From NCBI GenBank assembly GCA_032718475.1, contig JAUCBJ010008627.1, forward strand, positions 22,763 to 86,762: 64,000 nucleotides of DNA. The letters are read 5' to 3'. A model generated the notes under the pieces. That model searched no databases, was not told the DNA's origin, and saw nothing but the letters and a program-made list of their open reading frames with translations. The translations under genes and the position numbers were made by a program. Shown here in pieces: positions 46,301-56,742 of the stretch. The DNA is from Nemertoderma westbladi. Lineage: Eukaryota > Animalia > Xenacoelomorpha. Each line of letters begins with the position of its first letter. Position 1 is the stretch's first letter.

Positions 46301-47845
46301 TGTTCCCTCAGTTGTGTCGTCTACCTCACTGATCTCCTCTTCCCATTCACTTACCTGGTAGACCCGTTCTTTGGGTAACCTTTCCATGAGAGTTCTACGG
46401 GAAGTGCCAGTAAAGTACCAACCTACTCTAGTTCTTCCCGCATAGGTTTGTAGTGGTTGCGGTTGAGCAGGCCGTTTCTCCAATGTCTCAAGCGCCTCAT
46501 GCGCATTTTGGCCGATGAGTATTTGCACTCCAGGGTAGTCTGTATTGAATCTAGGTATCTTATGCTGCTGGGTGAAATCGTCCTCATCCCAGTTATAAGG
46601 TTCCACTTGGCTGGTAGCGAAGTTCTTTATCGCCACCATTTTTACTGACCTTATACTGTGTTCTCCTAGTTCATCCTGGGGGGTGGACAACGCGCCTACA
46701 TAGTAGTCTGTAGTGACTGTGGATTTCCAAACCTGCATAATTCCTGACATGTTCAACTTGGTTCGGAACTTGGGTTGTCCAGCAAAGATGTCTTCGGCTA
46801 GTTCTTTGTCGATGAATGTTCCTGTGCTGCCGGAGTCAAGGAGGGCGTTCACTATATAGCTCTTTTCAGGCCCGTGGACTCTCAACTGCACTACGGGAAA
46901 TTCTCGGATTCCTACGTTGGAAGTTGGTGCTTTCCAAGATGGTTGTCGGTCAGGAGTAGTTAGGGGGAGCTCACTGTCGGTTTCCTTCTCATACGTAAGT
47001 GCTCGATACACTGCGGTATTTATTAGGTAACAGGATTTGTTTTCGTCGGAGAATTCGTCCGTATAGAATCCTTCCATCTCAGAACTTTGGTCAGTGTCGT
47101 TCACATCACTGAATTGGACATGTAGTTCGGACTCACTTACCTGACTCGGGCTGTTTCTTTCGAATTCAGTGTGCAACAAGATATGATGTTTCGCGCCGCA
47201 CTTTGCACACCTTGCGTCGGAGTAACAGGTTCGCCGTTGGTGTCCTTGTCTGAGGCAATTATAACACAACCGCTTATCCCACATGACTTCACGTCTATCT
47301 TTTAGTGACTTCTTTAAAAATTCATCACACGCACTTAAACGGTGGGGCCCGTCACACAGCGCACATTTCGGTTTGATGTTACTTACCTTACTTTGAGTAA
47401 CGTTGTGTACACTCGTTCTTTCTTCGGGCTTTCTTACATGAATTCTCTTAGGAGACGTAGGAGGAGTTTTTCTTACCTGCTCTCTCCTGTCATTGGTTCG
47501 AGACTTGAATTTACTTACGTCTTTAGGCATTTTGTTGACATAATAAGATCTTTCAGTGTCTTTCCCGCTGTCCTCCTCTTGAGAGGCCTGGCTTTCGCCG
47601 TCGTCTGTATAACACACTGGTGTTACCTTTCTCCTAGAAACGGGTTTCTCACTTACCTTATTTTCCGGTGTCTTCTCTCTGGACTGCTTTAGGAGCTGTA
47701 ATTTTACCTCTCCATCTAAGAATGACATGAGATCAGCCATGGTAGGGTCTCTTCGTTGTTGTTCCATCATATATAAGACTTTCTTGTCCCAGCGTGTACC
47801 TACTCCACCCTTTGGTAAAGTAGAGGCCACGGCTCCAATAACCAT
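43319..47845 (-). CDS. BEL/Pao Gag C-terminus, protease, RT, RNase H and integrase N-terminus (1508 aa)
   Basis: CALCDGPHRLSAC / CYNCLRQGHQRRTC / CAKCGAKHHILLH; ALLDSGS; RVVFDGS, DIEGMFLQV, YMDD, TLGLKWD; HVFGD, YWTDA, NPADIASRG; H...HAG...CIPC, GVDLFGP. Confidence 0.93.
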   Translation of the reverse strand: MVIGAVASTLPKGGVGTRWDKKVLYMMEQQRRDPTMADLMSFLDGEVKLQLLKQSREKTPENKVSEKPVSRRKVTPVCYTDDGESQASQEEDSGKDTERSYYVNKMPKDVSKFKSRTNDRREQVRKTPPTSPKRIHVRKPEERTSVHNVTQSKVSNIKPKCALCDGPHRLSACDEFLKKSLKDRREVMWDKRLCYNCLRQGHQRRTCYSDARCAKCGAKHHILLHTEFERNSPSQVSESELHVQFSDVNDTDQSSEMEGFYTDEFSDENKSCYLINTAVYRALTYEKETDSELPLTTPDRQPSWKAPTSNVGIREFPVVQLRVHGPEKSYIVNALLDSGSTGTFIDKELAEDIFAGQPKFRTKLNMSGIMQVWKSTVTTDYYVGALSTPQDELGEHSIRSVKMVAIKNFATSQVEPYNWDEDDFTQQHKIPRFNTDYPGVQILIGQNAHEALETLEKRPAQPQPLQTYAGRTRVGWYFTGTSRRTLMERLPKERVYQVSEWEEEISEVDDTTEGTPYSSDNDDIHQLFDEENTIDLLTENETWQNQVNLCHLIHPAGQVDYNDELNEVIDRYNAKTRDEHAVRFFTQEAIEPNSYDKALSVEEERAKQIQETTTRFLKDQGRYEIGLPFRRREPNFINNRPLAEKRIAQLHLRLTANASAKEMYKTQLKKFIDKGYAERVPEGTPITERTYYLTHHYVPKPGKPNEVRVVFDGSALYMGQSLNSELLPGPNLLQSLLGILLRLRQYLIAFASDIEGMFLQVKALDRDRDSLRFLWWPEGDFNQKPVEYWMTFQAFGIISSPSNACSVVRTTADDNWDAFSKEVIDNIKRDIYMDDNLKSLPSVEEAIDVAKGTVECLKRGGFRLTKFTSNSREFLESIPIEDRGVKDLDLIKDDLPETKTLGLKWDTERDILFFQLKQRDNPVRTKRICLSILSTYFDALGFISPVILIARSLVQQMWLENHSRDDPLKGELLKKWMKWEDSLPSIENFLISRSYFGHVLPTHSYQLHVFGDDSDMGIGIVAYLRVETLDGIKVALVTSKALINNKLKVARAELKAALYAIAIGQNVTEQIDYPLEKTVYWTDALLVLEYITNEVCQFSVFVTNRVAIILSRTKIDQWRHCPGTINPADIASRGATPQELIDTPDWLGGPDFLSKEEDEWPPHLTTAEIRQAKGAEKVKPKTRVSKSKLFKPMVDLSVLHTSGDDALDPKPTATNKSVVEIRERDWKSGIPDVSQGLSPLLQRAIHHYSSWNRLCKAVTYLKRCFHHHYSRTKTTSDTAPLTSAQVHVVKDLPKYKISDRFLKEKISYQEHEETNKQILRLLQCYEDSDKYFLLLRNPQMRLRDRFSSTMIDGLIRVGGRLTNAPLSFDTKFPILIKNLEIQIKMIVDVHSKLYHAGRERVLSEIRTRYYFHKPRRALNQVLRNCIPCRKAFSRPLTQREAELPRERVSFYEPPFTTTGVDLFGPIEVYRARTIVKRWCVIFVCMTCRAIHLDMVNDLSTNSFILSLR

Positions 47846-47944
47846 AGAACTCTGATATTCATGAGACTTACCTAGCCAATCTAATTGTCTACAGATCTCC
47901 TGAATCTCATCGGAAAACTCTATAATCCCGCTGCTAATGAACTT

Positions 47945-49984
47945 TTAGGGCGCTACCAATTTTGCATACAAATACCTAGCTATGTTATTCCTATTACCAT
48001 ACCTGATGTTTAATGTATTCCAAACTTGGCTTAATCCATCTGGATGTCCAATAAACTTTAACGCCATTAACTTGGGAGATCCTTCCAAGCACTCGATGAG
48101 GAATCTAAGTTTCTCTCCATTAGATAGCACAGAGTTCTGTATATCTTTATAATATTCATTAAAAGGTAACCATTTCATCTCATCTCCATTGAACTTGATG
48201 ATCTCTCCCACCTTTACCGCTTGACGGGCTTCGGTTCTAGCCATTTGACGTGTAAAACTTTCTTGGGCCATTGTGTTATTTAATATCGAGTTATCGGTAT
48301 ATAAATTTCTCGGATTATGATCAGGTCTATATGGAATATCATTGTCAACAGGTTTATAATTACCCTTAATAGGGTTTACTATAGGAGTTTCTACTTCACT
48401 AGCAGTATAGATGCGTGTAGGCTCCACACCTTGCGCATGAAATACTTCAGACCTAACAGGTTGACACATTGTTACCGGGGTTGGTGGTATACCCCTTTGG
48501 GTATTTACTAATTTATCGCGTTCTAACGCGATACTCTGCTGCACTTCTTGCAACTCTAACCTACTTTCCCTTACTGTGCCCTTGAACTGTTGAACAGTCT
48601 CCTGCATCTGCCCGAGCAGGAGATCCATCCCCCGCCGTCTCTTATCCACCCACTTGACCGCCGAAGCGGGAGCCGCCAACATAGTAGCGGGTGGACGAGG
48701 GGCAACGGGCGACAAATCATTGATATTTCGCTTGGAGTCCAGGACAGGAACTGTCTCAGGGGCTGTTCTGCTGGGCACAGGTAGTTTAGTGCTGTGCAAA
48801 GGGAATTTAGAGGTAGGTTCTGGGAGTACAGGTGTCTCTATCACCGAAGGGGTGGCTTCGAGAACAGGCCTAATTATTTCAGGCTCATCTACTATAGTAG
48901 GGAGTCTTTCTACTCTAATAATTTGGTCTGTGGGTTCTGTACTACCTAAGTCTGTGCTAGCTAGTTGCCTTCTAACAGCTGGGGGCAAATCAGGCAATTT
49001 CTGACGGTGGGGCATTCTTCTACGCCTGCTTAGACGAGATCTATTTCCTCCGCCTTCAGGATCGGTGGTATCGCCTTCATCAGATGATGTAAATCCCTGC
49101 CGTTTGGGAGTAGATCGACTTATCATCTGCATTTGACTAGCTGTTAACTGTTTATTTATGCAGTCTTGCTTCTCTTGAAGATTTTCCAACTCTAGTTGGG
49201 TGGTCTCTTCAGACGCTCTCCGTTCTGCTTCTGCCACTGCCTCTGCCGCTTTTCTTTCCGCTTCTGCAGCTGCCACTGCCGCTTTTCTTTCCGCTTCGGC
49301 CGCTTCCACCGCCGCTTTTCTTTCCGCTTCTGCCGCTGCCACTGCCGCTGCCGCTGCTGCTGTCTTTCTGTCTTCTATACGTTTTTTCTTTACTTGTTCT
49401 TCTTGGACTCTAGCGATGCGGAGGCGTTCATCAAATTTAGCTTTGTTCGCAGCTAACATTTCCGCATCTATTGCGTCCAACACAAGCTTGGCTCCTTCAC
49501 TATTAGGGCGAAGTCCAGCCAGCCGTCTCCTCAACTCTTCATCACCTAGAAATCGTTGATAGTCTGACAGATAGATGTCAATAGCGTCCCTCTTCTGCGG
49601 TTTCTCTGCTGTCGCTTCGCTTTCCACTTGAGAAAAGGTAGCGTCTGTTGATTCTCCATGGGTTGAGCGCTCAGCCAGCTGAGATTTCCACTGGGCTGTT
49701 CCTTGAACCTTGAGACCCACCCCCTGGAACCAAGTCTTTGCGGCAACTTGCAACGACGTGTCTTGTCTTCTTTTCGAAGCTTCCTCAAAGGCCGATAGGA
49801 TTAGTCTGATTCTTAGAATTCTTTCTCTAACTTGATAAAGCAGCTCTCCCTGCTCTTGAGGTCCTTGGGGTTGTTGAAACAGTTGTTCCTCTAATCGCTC
49901 CAAAGAGCTGAAGAATCCCTGTACGTATCCTGCTGCCGACCTCTTCCATACAGCTGGATCACTAGTATCCTTTGTCACTCCCAT
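47945..49984 (-). CDS. BEL/Pao Gag N-terminal region (coiled coil, DUF1759-like capsid start; 679 aa)
   Basis: KFNGDEMKWLPF...LSNGEKLRFLIECLEGSP...WNTLNIRYG; AAEAERKAA repeats. Confidence 0.85.
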   Translation of the reverse strand: MGVTKDTSDPAVWKRSAAGYVQGFFSSLERLEEQLFQQPQGPQEQGELLYQVRERILRIRLILSAFEEASKRRQDTSLQVAAKTWFQGVGLKVQGTAQWKSQLAERSTHGESTDATFSQVESEATAEKPQKRDAIDIYLSDYQRFLGDEELRRRLAGLRPNSEGAKLVLDAIDAEMLAANKAKFDERLRIARVQEEQVKKKRIEDRKTAAAAAAVAAAEAERKAAVEAAEAERKAAVAAAEAERKAAEAVAEAERRASEETTQLELENLQEKQDCINKQLTASQMQMISRSTPKRQGFTSSDEGDTTDPEGGGNRSRLSRRRRMPHRQKLPDLPPAVRRQLASTDLGSTEPTDQIIRVERLPTIVDEPEIIRPVLEATPSVIETPVLPEPTSKFPLHSTKLPVPSRTAPETVPVLDSKRNINDLSPVAPRPPATMLAAPASAVKWVDKRRRGMDLLLGQMQETVQQFKGTVRESRLELQEVQQSIALERDKLVNTQRGIPPTPVTMCQPVRSEVFHAQGVEPTRIYTASEVETPIVNPIKGNYKPVDNDIPYRPDHNPRNLYTDNSILNNTMAQESFTRQMARTEARQAVKVGEIIKFNGDEMKWLPFNEYYKDIQNSVLSNGEKLRFLIECLEGSPKLMALKFIGHPDGLSQVWNTLNIRYGNRNNIARYLYAKLVAP

Positions 49985-50047
49985 CCTGTATAAGTCTTCC
50001 CAGGCAGCTTCCGATAAGTTAAACGGGAGTCCGGGTCCGGGGAAGTT

Positions 50048-50542
50048 CTATTGCAACTCGACAATAGATTTCAGTTCCTCCCTTGTGTATCCCGCATAAC
50101 TGTCCTTGGTCGATCGCTTACTTCTCGCCCAATCAATTTGGTGTTCCTCCACCGCAATCAATACCCTAGTGAGTACGGCTGCAGGAAGAATGAGAAGGGG
50201 ATCCGAATAAACCGCATCTGCCATCTTTGCTCGGTGCTCGGGTGTCAACTCTACAGTATCTGAACTACTGGAGCTATCGGGCCGCTGAGAAATAAGTTCT
50301 CGGCTCGAGTGTTGCTGCTGTTTAACAGCTGCTTCTTGGCCCCGCTTGACTTGAGCCCGAGTGCCTATGATAGACCTACGGTGTTGGACTAGCCTAGGGT
50401 CTGATACTACTACTGGAGGGATGACCTTTCTTACAGTAGGAGGGGAGTTGAACTTCGGTTTCAAACGTTCCGCACTCCTATCTGGATCACAGATGGTTGT
50501 ATCTAGGAGACTGTCTGACAGGTTTTGCTTTGTGTCAGACAT
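50048..50542 (-). CDS. First segment of the gag frame (164 aa, ends at an in-frame TAG)
   Basis: In frame with the 49984 ORF; the 21 intervening codons are open. Confidence 0.6.
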   Translation of the reverse strand: MSDTKQNLSDSLLDTTICDPDRSAERLKPKFNSPPTVRKVIPPVVVSDPRLVQHRRSIIGTRAQVKRGQEAAVKQQQHSSRELISQRPDSSSSSDTVELTPEHRAKMADAVYSDPLLILPAAVLTRVLIAVEEHQIDWARSKRSTKDSYAGYTREELKSIVELQ

Positions 50543-50679
50543 GTTTGTTTATACAGTTGAATGCCTACTGCTAGAACTACAGTTAAAGCAAGTCTAGTAA
50601 TTCAGTATCAACTATAAGCCTAGTAATTAATTACCGATATCGTTACTCAGTGTAACGTGATATATATACACAATATATT

Positions 50680-50932
50680 AGAATACCGGTATACACTTAT
50701 AGTATATATATAAGTATTATTACAGACTAGGTTTGTCACAGAATACCGGTATATAATTTCAGCACAAATAGATAGAAATATATAATAAGCCTATCGTGAA
50801 TACCGGTATACAACTTACACTTATAGTATATAAGTATAATTATAGACTAGAATTAATTACAGAATACCGGTATATAATTTCAGCTCAAATTTATAGAAAT
50901 AAATATAATAAGCCTATTGTAAATACCAGTAT
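50680..50932. repeat. ~120-bp tandem duplication in the element leader with ATACCGGTAT palindromes every ~60 bp
   Basis: GAATACCGGTATA near 50682, 50741, 50798 and 50862, plus a degenerate copy near 50921. Confidence 0.8.
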
Positions 50933-52466
50933 GTCAATTATTTTAGAATAATTGAATTTCTGAATTTTAGGGTTACTTGGTTACTTTACTTTACTTTATT
51001 ATCGTTATTTAAGCAGTAGTCCAACTGATATTAAGACCTAATTGTTGTATGACAGGCCTACTATTTTATAAATCGGTTTGAGTTGATTTATAATATATAT
51101 ATATATACCCTGTAATGGGTTTTGTCAATATTTGAAATAAATGTTATTATTTCTGGGAAGGAGTCACTACACAGAAGCTGTACGCTCTCAGTGGAGTGCT
51201 ACCTATTGTTTTGGACACTAAAACAAATAATTATACTTGCCTAAGTTACTTATTACTACAAATTACGTACAATTACGGGGTGAGATTACAATCTCTAAAT
51301 AAACACAAAAATTACACGTACGAATTTTTAGGGTTAATTTTACAGGAAATCTACAAACCAGCCTAACAAGTGGTTAGAATTTCTGGTTATTACAAACGGA
51401 CAGGATACTTCGGTATTTGAAAATAATAAGTAGTAGTAAATATACTGCGTTGTCCAGATAGGAAAAATACCACCGTCTGACGACTTATAGCCGTATCGCT
51501 ATAAGTACTACGTTATGTATCACGGAGTGTTCCTACCTAGAAGTTAATTACCGCGGTCTACCAGAACCAACGTGTCTATTAACCACTTTACAACACAAAT
51601 ATACTGCCTACACACTAATTACCTTTGGAAAGCACTGTACACTAAACCCTAAATTAGGTACAAGTACTTATACAACAAATAACCAGCAGTTAAAAAATAC
51701 TTGTACAGCTAAAAGAACCACGGTATCTGCTGGAGTGACCAGAGCATAAAATCACCAGTCTTTACCTACGCCAAACAGTCCTGATGTAGTACCGGGGTTA
51801 ATTTAACTATAACGGTATGTATAACAAGCACAATTACTGTAGGAATAAACTTGGGGGTGTGAATGTTGCGAATAATCGCATAAACTCTGAATAATAAATA
51901 TTATGCTACCCGTACAGACTACACAAACAAAATACAGACCAAACGCTGGCAGACTACTATCAAGCCTAAATAAACTACAGTATATGCAGACTCCGAAATG
52001 GTTAGTTAGTATGCGTTCTAACCGAGTAGTACGACTTATTCTTTCGGGGGGGGGGGGGGGGGGGGGATTTACCTTACAGCACTGGATGCCCCCACGTTCC
52101 TAACTAGTACTTTATCTGACATACACTCTACACACACTGCAATCTTTTCAGACCTGACAACAGCCAGACAACAATCCAGCCTACAAATTATCTGCCCAAT
52201 CTGAGCAGGCTTACACGCCTTCTGCTCAATATTAACTTACAAATAAATAAAACTGACAGAAATAAGTAAAATCCCAATAAAAAACCAGGGCGGCCGTCCC
52301 TGATTAAATATCAAGACCTACCGGTATATAATTATCAAAATCTAATAATACTGATGTACCTGTACTGCTGTAAGTACCGGTTCGGGTGGTTAGGTAGTCA
52401 GGCCTACCAGTTACCGGTCCACCGGTACTTTTCGACTTTATTGCCTACGTTGCAATAAAGAAAGCA

Positions 52467-52477
52467 ATAACTGTTAT
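52467..52477 (-). other. Candidate self-priming primer-binding site (11 nt)
   Basis: Sense ATAACAGTTAT abuts the 5' LTR end and is the exact reverse complement of sense ATAACTGTTAT at 53213-53203 inside the LTR. No TGG-starting tRNA PBS is adjacent. Confidence 0.5.
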
Positions 52478-55400
52478 TGTTCACGCTTTTAGACCTTTAG
52501 CAGTTTAACCTGCCAAATTTAGGTGTCTTCTAGGTTATAAATCGACTTTAGCCTATAACAAGTATTTGATACACATAAAGCTACATTAGCCAAAGCCAGC
52601 CTATGCGCGATCATTCACCCACGGTTAAGGGAGACTGGATTCGGATGCTCTGACCTTATTGCGGTGTAGACCTACTGTATTATTCGATTGATCGTTACTA
52701 CAATATCTCTGACAAATATTATTCACTTTCGGGAAATATTAACAGTTCCTTTAGGACGTGGCGCTCTAAGTATGTAAACAGAGTTATGACTTACACTAAA
52801 CACAACGGGATGGCTAATGATTTACGTATAAAGCGCATTCTTTAGGAAATGCTTTGTTATCTATCACACTCATGCACACTACCGCACACTGCTGCACACT
52901 GATCTGCCGACCTTCACTAATTTTAATCATATATAAGGAGAACAGCAACTGACACATGTAGGGTCTATGAAATAGCATTCAATTCACTCCAAAACCACTA
53001 TAATGTAAGTCGCAATTGCTATATGTAACCGGTCTCTCTAACCTTTAGTATATCAAGAAGATTGGGGTTTTATGATTATTTATCGATATTCTCCAAATAT
53101 AGCAATATTCCATCAACTGATAACAATTAATAACCGACAGTAAATAGCAGTAAAATAATGCGGTGAAAGATTGTATGGTATGATATGGGCTGATATGATA
53201 GGATAACAGTTATACGTTTCTATGATCAAAGCCATTCTAATGTTTTGCTAAAGTCTGAAACACAGAATAAATCCACAGCCGATGTTCTGGGCTCAGGAAA
53301 AAAGGTAAACAAAGACCATAATGCATTGCGCGATTTCCCGGAGGCTTCTGTGCAAATAAAATGAAAATCGCTCTGATTGGTCGAGCCGAACAAAGAACAA
53401 AGAAAAGCTCTATGTGGACATATCAGCTGATAGATGTCGTCATTTGAACTACACTGTATCAAGAGAATTTTGGCATATTGCGGCATAAAATCGCTAGTTA
53501 TGTCCACTAAAGTACACATACAGAAAAAATGGCTTTTTATGTCCACTAAAACACCTACACAGTAAGAAAACGGCTTTTTATGTCCGCTAAAACGCCTACA
53601 GAGTACTTTGCGGGGAAAATGACTAGCTAGACGGTCAGGGCCCTAACCGATTAGGTTCTCTGTTCGCAGAACACCGACAACTTTTCCGGCCACGGAACTA
53701 GTCCAGCAGAATGCCTTTATAGAATCCTGGAATTTGTGGGACGAGAGGATCTCAGCAACTAAGCGAAAACGAACAATAGGATGTTCCTAGACCCCCCCCC
53801 CAAAAATTTATCCAGAAGACTTTTCGCCATACATAATGTGTTAAAAAAGTCTACGGTTCTCCGTCTAGGACCAATTTGAGTCAAAAAGTCCGCTTCCCTA
53901 GCAACCGCGTTGCTATGCGCATATCTCCAGAACCGCTAATGCTACGGACTTGGGACCGGCGCCAATCGATAGGCAGCATATGGCTTTACATTCAGGTAAC
54001 TTTTTTTGGAGCGATCAGATCATGATCTTGACCATGATCAGCAAAGATCAGTTTTGATCAGCAATCGGACACTCAAGGCTTGCTCTAATCGCAAAACTTA
54101 ACATTACAAAAAGAATCAGCGACCCCACATTAGTCATGATTCCCGTTAAAAGATTTAAAAAAAAGTGAATTCTTCCTGGTCAAAACGCAAGATCATGATC
54201 GCGCAAAGATCGGACTTCGTAAAATCGTAACTAAGCATTTTGGATATAAACAATCACTGTAGGAAACGTTCAGAACACCGCCCTGAGTCGATTAAAAAAA
54301 AAATTGGCCCGATCGGACAACCGGTTCTCGAGATCTGATACCTGATCATTAAAGATCATATTTTTCGGTTTTTTCCAATTTTCTCGAAAACTTTGTTTGA
54401 GACCCCCGAATTTTTTTTTACGAATCGACTTCTATGATGAAGGGGCAACTTTTGAGCATTTCGAAATTTTCAAAAAGCAATTTGATCAGGCCGCGATCAG
54501 AAAAGATCGTGTTTTTGCTTTTATTTCGAAGACCAAGTCCTGGGAGTTCACCGTATGGAAAAACTTTACATCACAAAAAGATTCCTCACCCTCGAATTAT
54601 GGGGGGTAGCCAAAATTTGGGCATAAAAAAGTTCAAGTCTAGTGGGTCAAAACTCAAGATCATGATCGCGAAAAGATCAGTATATTTAAAATCGAATCTA
54701 AGCATTTTTCTAATAAACATTCATTGTAAGAAATGTTCAATGGTCTATTCTGAGTTGATTAAAAAAAAAATTGGCCCGATCGGTCAACCGGTTCTCGAGA
54801 TCAGCTTCCTGATCATAAAAGATCATGTTTTTCGGTTTTTCCCGATTTTCTCGAAAACTTTGTTTGAGACCCCCGATTTTTTTTTTACTAATCGACTTCT
54901 ATTAAGAAGGGGCAACTTTTGAGCATTTCGAAATTTTCAAAAAGCGATTTGATCAGGCCATGATCAGGAAAGATCATGTTTTCGGTTTTATTTCGAAGAC
55001 CAAGTCCTGTGAGTTCACCGTATGAAAAAACTTAACATTACAAAAAGATTCCTCAGCCTCGAATTAGGGGGGGTAGCCAAAATTTGACCATAAAAAAGTT
55101 CAATTCTAGGGGGTCAAAAGATCATGATCGCGAAATGATCATTTTTTTCGAAATTACTTCTGAGCATTTTGGGGCAAAACTTTCAAACTAAAAAACATTC
55201 ACTGGAGTGTTCTAAGTAGATTAAAAAAAATTTCGACTCAATAGGCCTACCGGTACCGGAGATATGGTCGTCCAAAGTCTGCTTCCGGTAATTCGAAAAT
55301 ATTTCGAAAACGCTTGATCAAATTTTTTCCTTGAAAATATGTGAATGTACAGTTAGTGAACCCGCATTTAACGATATATCACAATCCATATTTCGGATGA

Positions 55401-56456
55401 CAGGTACCGGTGAAATCATACTTTACCGAAAAAAATTCAAATTTTAGCTACTCATGTCTGACTATCTCGAAAACTATAATATGTATGGAAATACTTTCAC
55501 TGCAAGAAATGTTCACCTATCCAATGCGCTTCTAACTCTGTGCTCGGATTTTGCATAGTGTCAAAACCTACAACTTAACCCCCCCAGCGGAGGGAACGGA
55601 GTGACCGGAGCGCCAGTACTATCTTTCATTATTATGAAGTAATAAGGGCGGTGGGTGGGGTAGGTGGTGAACACTATTTATAGGGTGGAGGGAGGGTCTA
55701 GTATATTACTTTAGGATATTTGATTTCTTTGCAATATAGTTTAGCTGCCTCAGTCTTATTTGTAATATGTTATACATTATACCAAATTATATCAAGTTTT
55801 AACATACTACATTGTCTACCTGTAGGAGAAATATACAATGTAGGGCTCATAATATATTTATAAATAGATTTAGTATATTTACATTGTATAACAGAGTTAA
55901 TTGATACTATTACGGTATTATACTAAAGACGCTGCTTTGATATATCTGATCAAATGGCAATTTGTGGTAAATTATTTATTTCACTATCTTGGGTATATCA
56001 TTCAATTTCTAAAACTATAATAATAAACATTTACTTCACTTCTTGTTTACTCGCATGGATATATTGATATAAAACACTTCAGCATAATATCTTATAGGGC
56101 CAAACGCAGATTAATCGGAATAATATGTTTAATTATTATTACAATTGGCACATTGAAGTAAGTAGTACACGAGTTTGATAAAATAATTATGAATCTGTAT
56201 CTCATTCTACTTTGTCTATATGATTATGTTATATAATAATGTTACTTTATCACTTTGGTTTAAACCGATCTCCTTTACTATTACTTACTACTTATATACT
56301 ACTACTACTACTACTATTACTACTACTACTACTGACTACTACAGAGTTATATATTATAAGAGGAGGGGGTTCGTGATTATTAGTTATTATACAAGTGCCC
56401 CTCGGCTATAGAGAGTCCACCCTCGGTTGCTTACTGGATCCGCAAAAGCCTTTACA
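52478..56456 (-). repeat. 5' LTR (52478-53626 plus 56434-56456), split by an insertion
   Basis: Matches the 3' LTR up to ...AAATGACTAG; the terminal GATCCGCAAAAGCCTTTACA reappears at 56437-56456, followed by the TSD. Confidence 0.9.
53627..56433 (-). mobile_element. ~2.8-kb insertion with a Helitron/Helentron-like 3' end and ~467-bp internal tandem repeats
   Basis: The minus-strand end reads GAGAACCTAAT-CGGTTAGG-GC-CCTGACCG-TCTAG (hairpin + CTAG). TTGGCCCGATCGG recurs at 54304 and 54771, with a degenerate copy near 55230. The other terminus is not recognised, so the insert may be composite. Confidence 0.6.
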
Positions 56457-56742
56457 ATCGGTATGGTTATATCGGTATGATATCCGTGATTAGATCCGCC
56501 GTATGCGAAATAGGTAGAAAACCGTCGAATTATATTTAAAAAATATCGGTAGAAATATTATAAATATTTCAAACTATTTGATCCCGCTAGTGATAGATAG
56601 ATAGATAGATTTATTTATACATTATGTAAAAACAATAACAAATACACCAAACAATGTACCGGTATAAAGGTATTGTCCAACATAACATATAGGATTACCC
56701 CTAAAGCTTTGCAGCTTTTTTCCAAGGGGGTCCAGTGGGGTC

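Larger units (their letters stand above)
42474..50542 (-). pseudogene. BEL/Pao gag-pol polyprotein (~2690 codons) broken by three in-frame stops and one C-terminal frameshift
   Basis: The ORFs starting at 50542, 49984, 47845 and 43288 share one frame and are separated by single stops (TAG 50048-50050, TAA 47945-47947, TGA 43319-43321). The integrase tail WQTGRII.../DDGLVRSV...RPVGRLCLL changes frame near 42695. Confidence 0.85.
35262..56456 (-). mobile_element. Full-length BEL/Pao LTR retrotransposon with accessory ORF; 5' LTR interrupted by a ~2.8-kb insertion
   Basis: TG...CA LTRs; 5-bp TSD ATCGG at 35257-35261 and 56457-56461; gag-PR-RT-RH-IN order with the triple BEL zinc knuckle; purine-rich GGGAGCGG next to the 3' LTR. 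Confidence 0.93.

Noticed and set aside
47930-47960. Programmed gag/pol readthrough at the TAA (or at the TAG at 50048)
   Set aside because: The stops fall within Gag, before the zinc knuckles, and a similar stop breaks the integrase core; nonsense mutations are simpler.
54397-54922. ORFs in the LTR insertion
   Set aside because: They lie within ~467-bp non-coding tandem repeats and have no transposase or helicase motifs.
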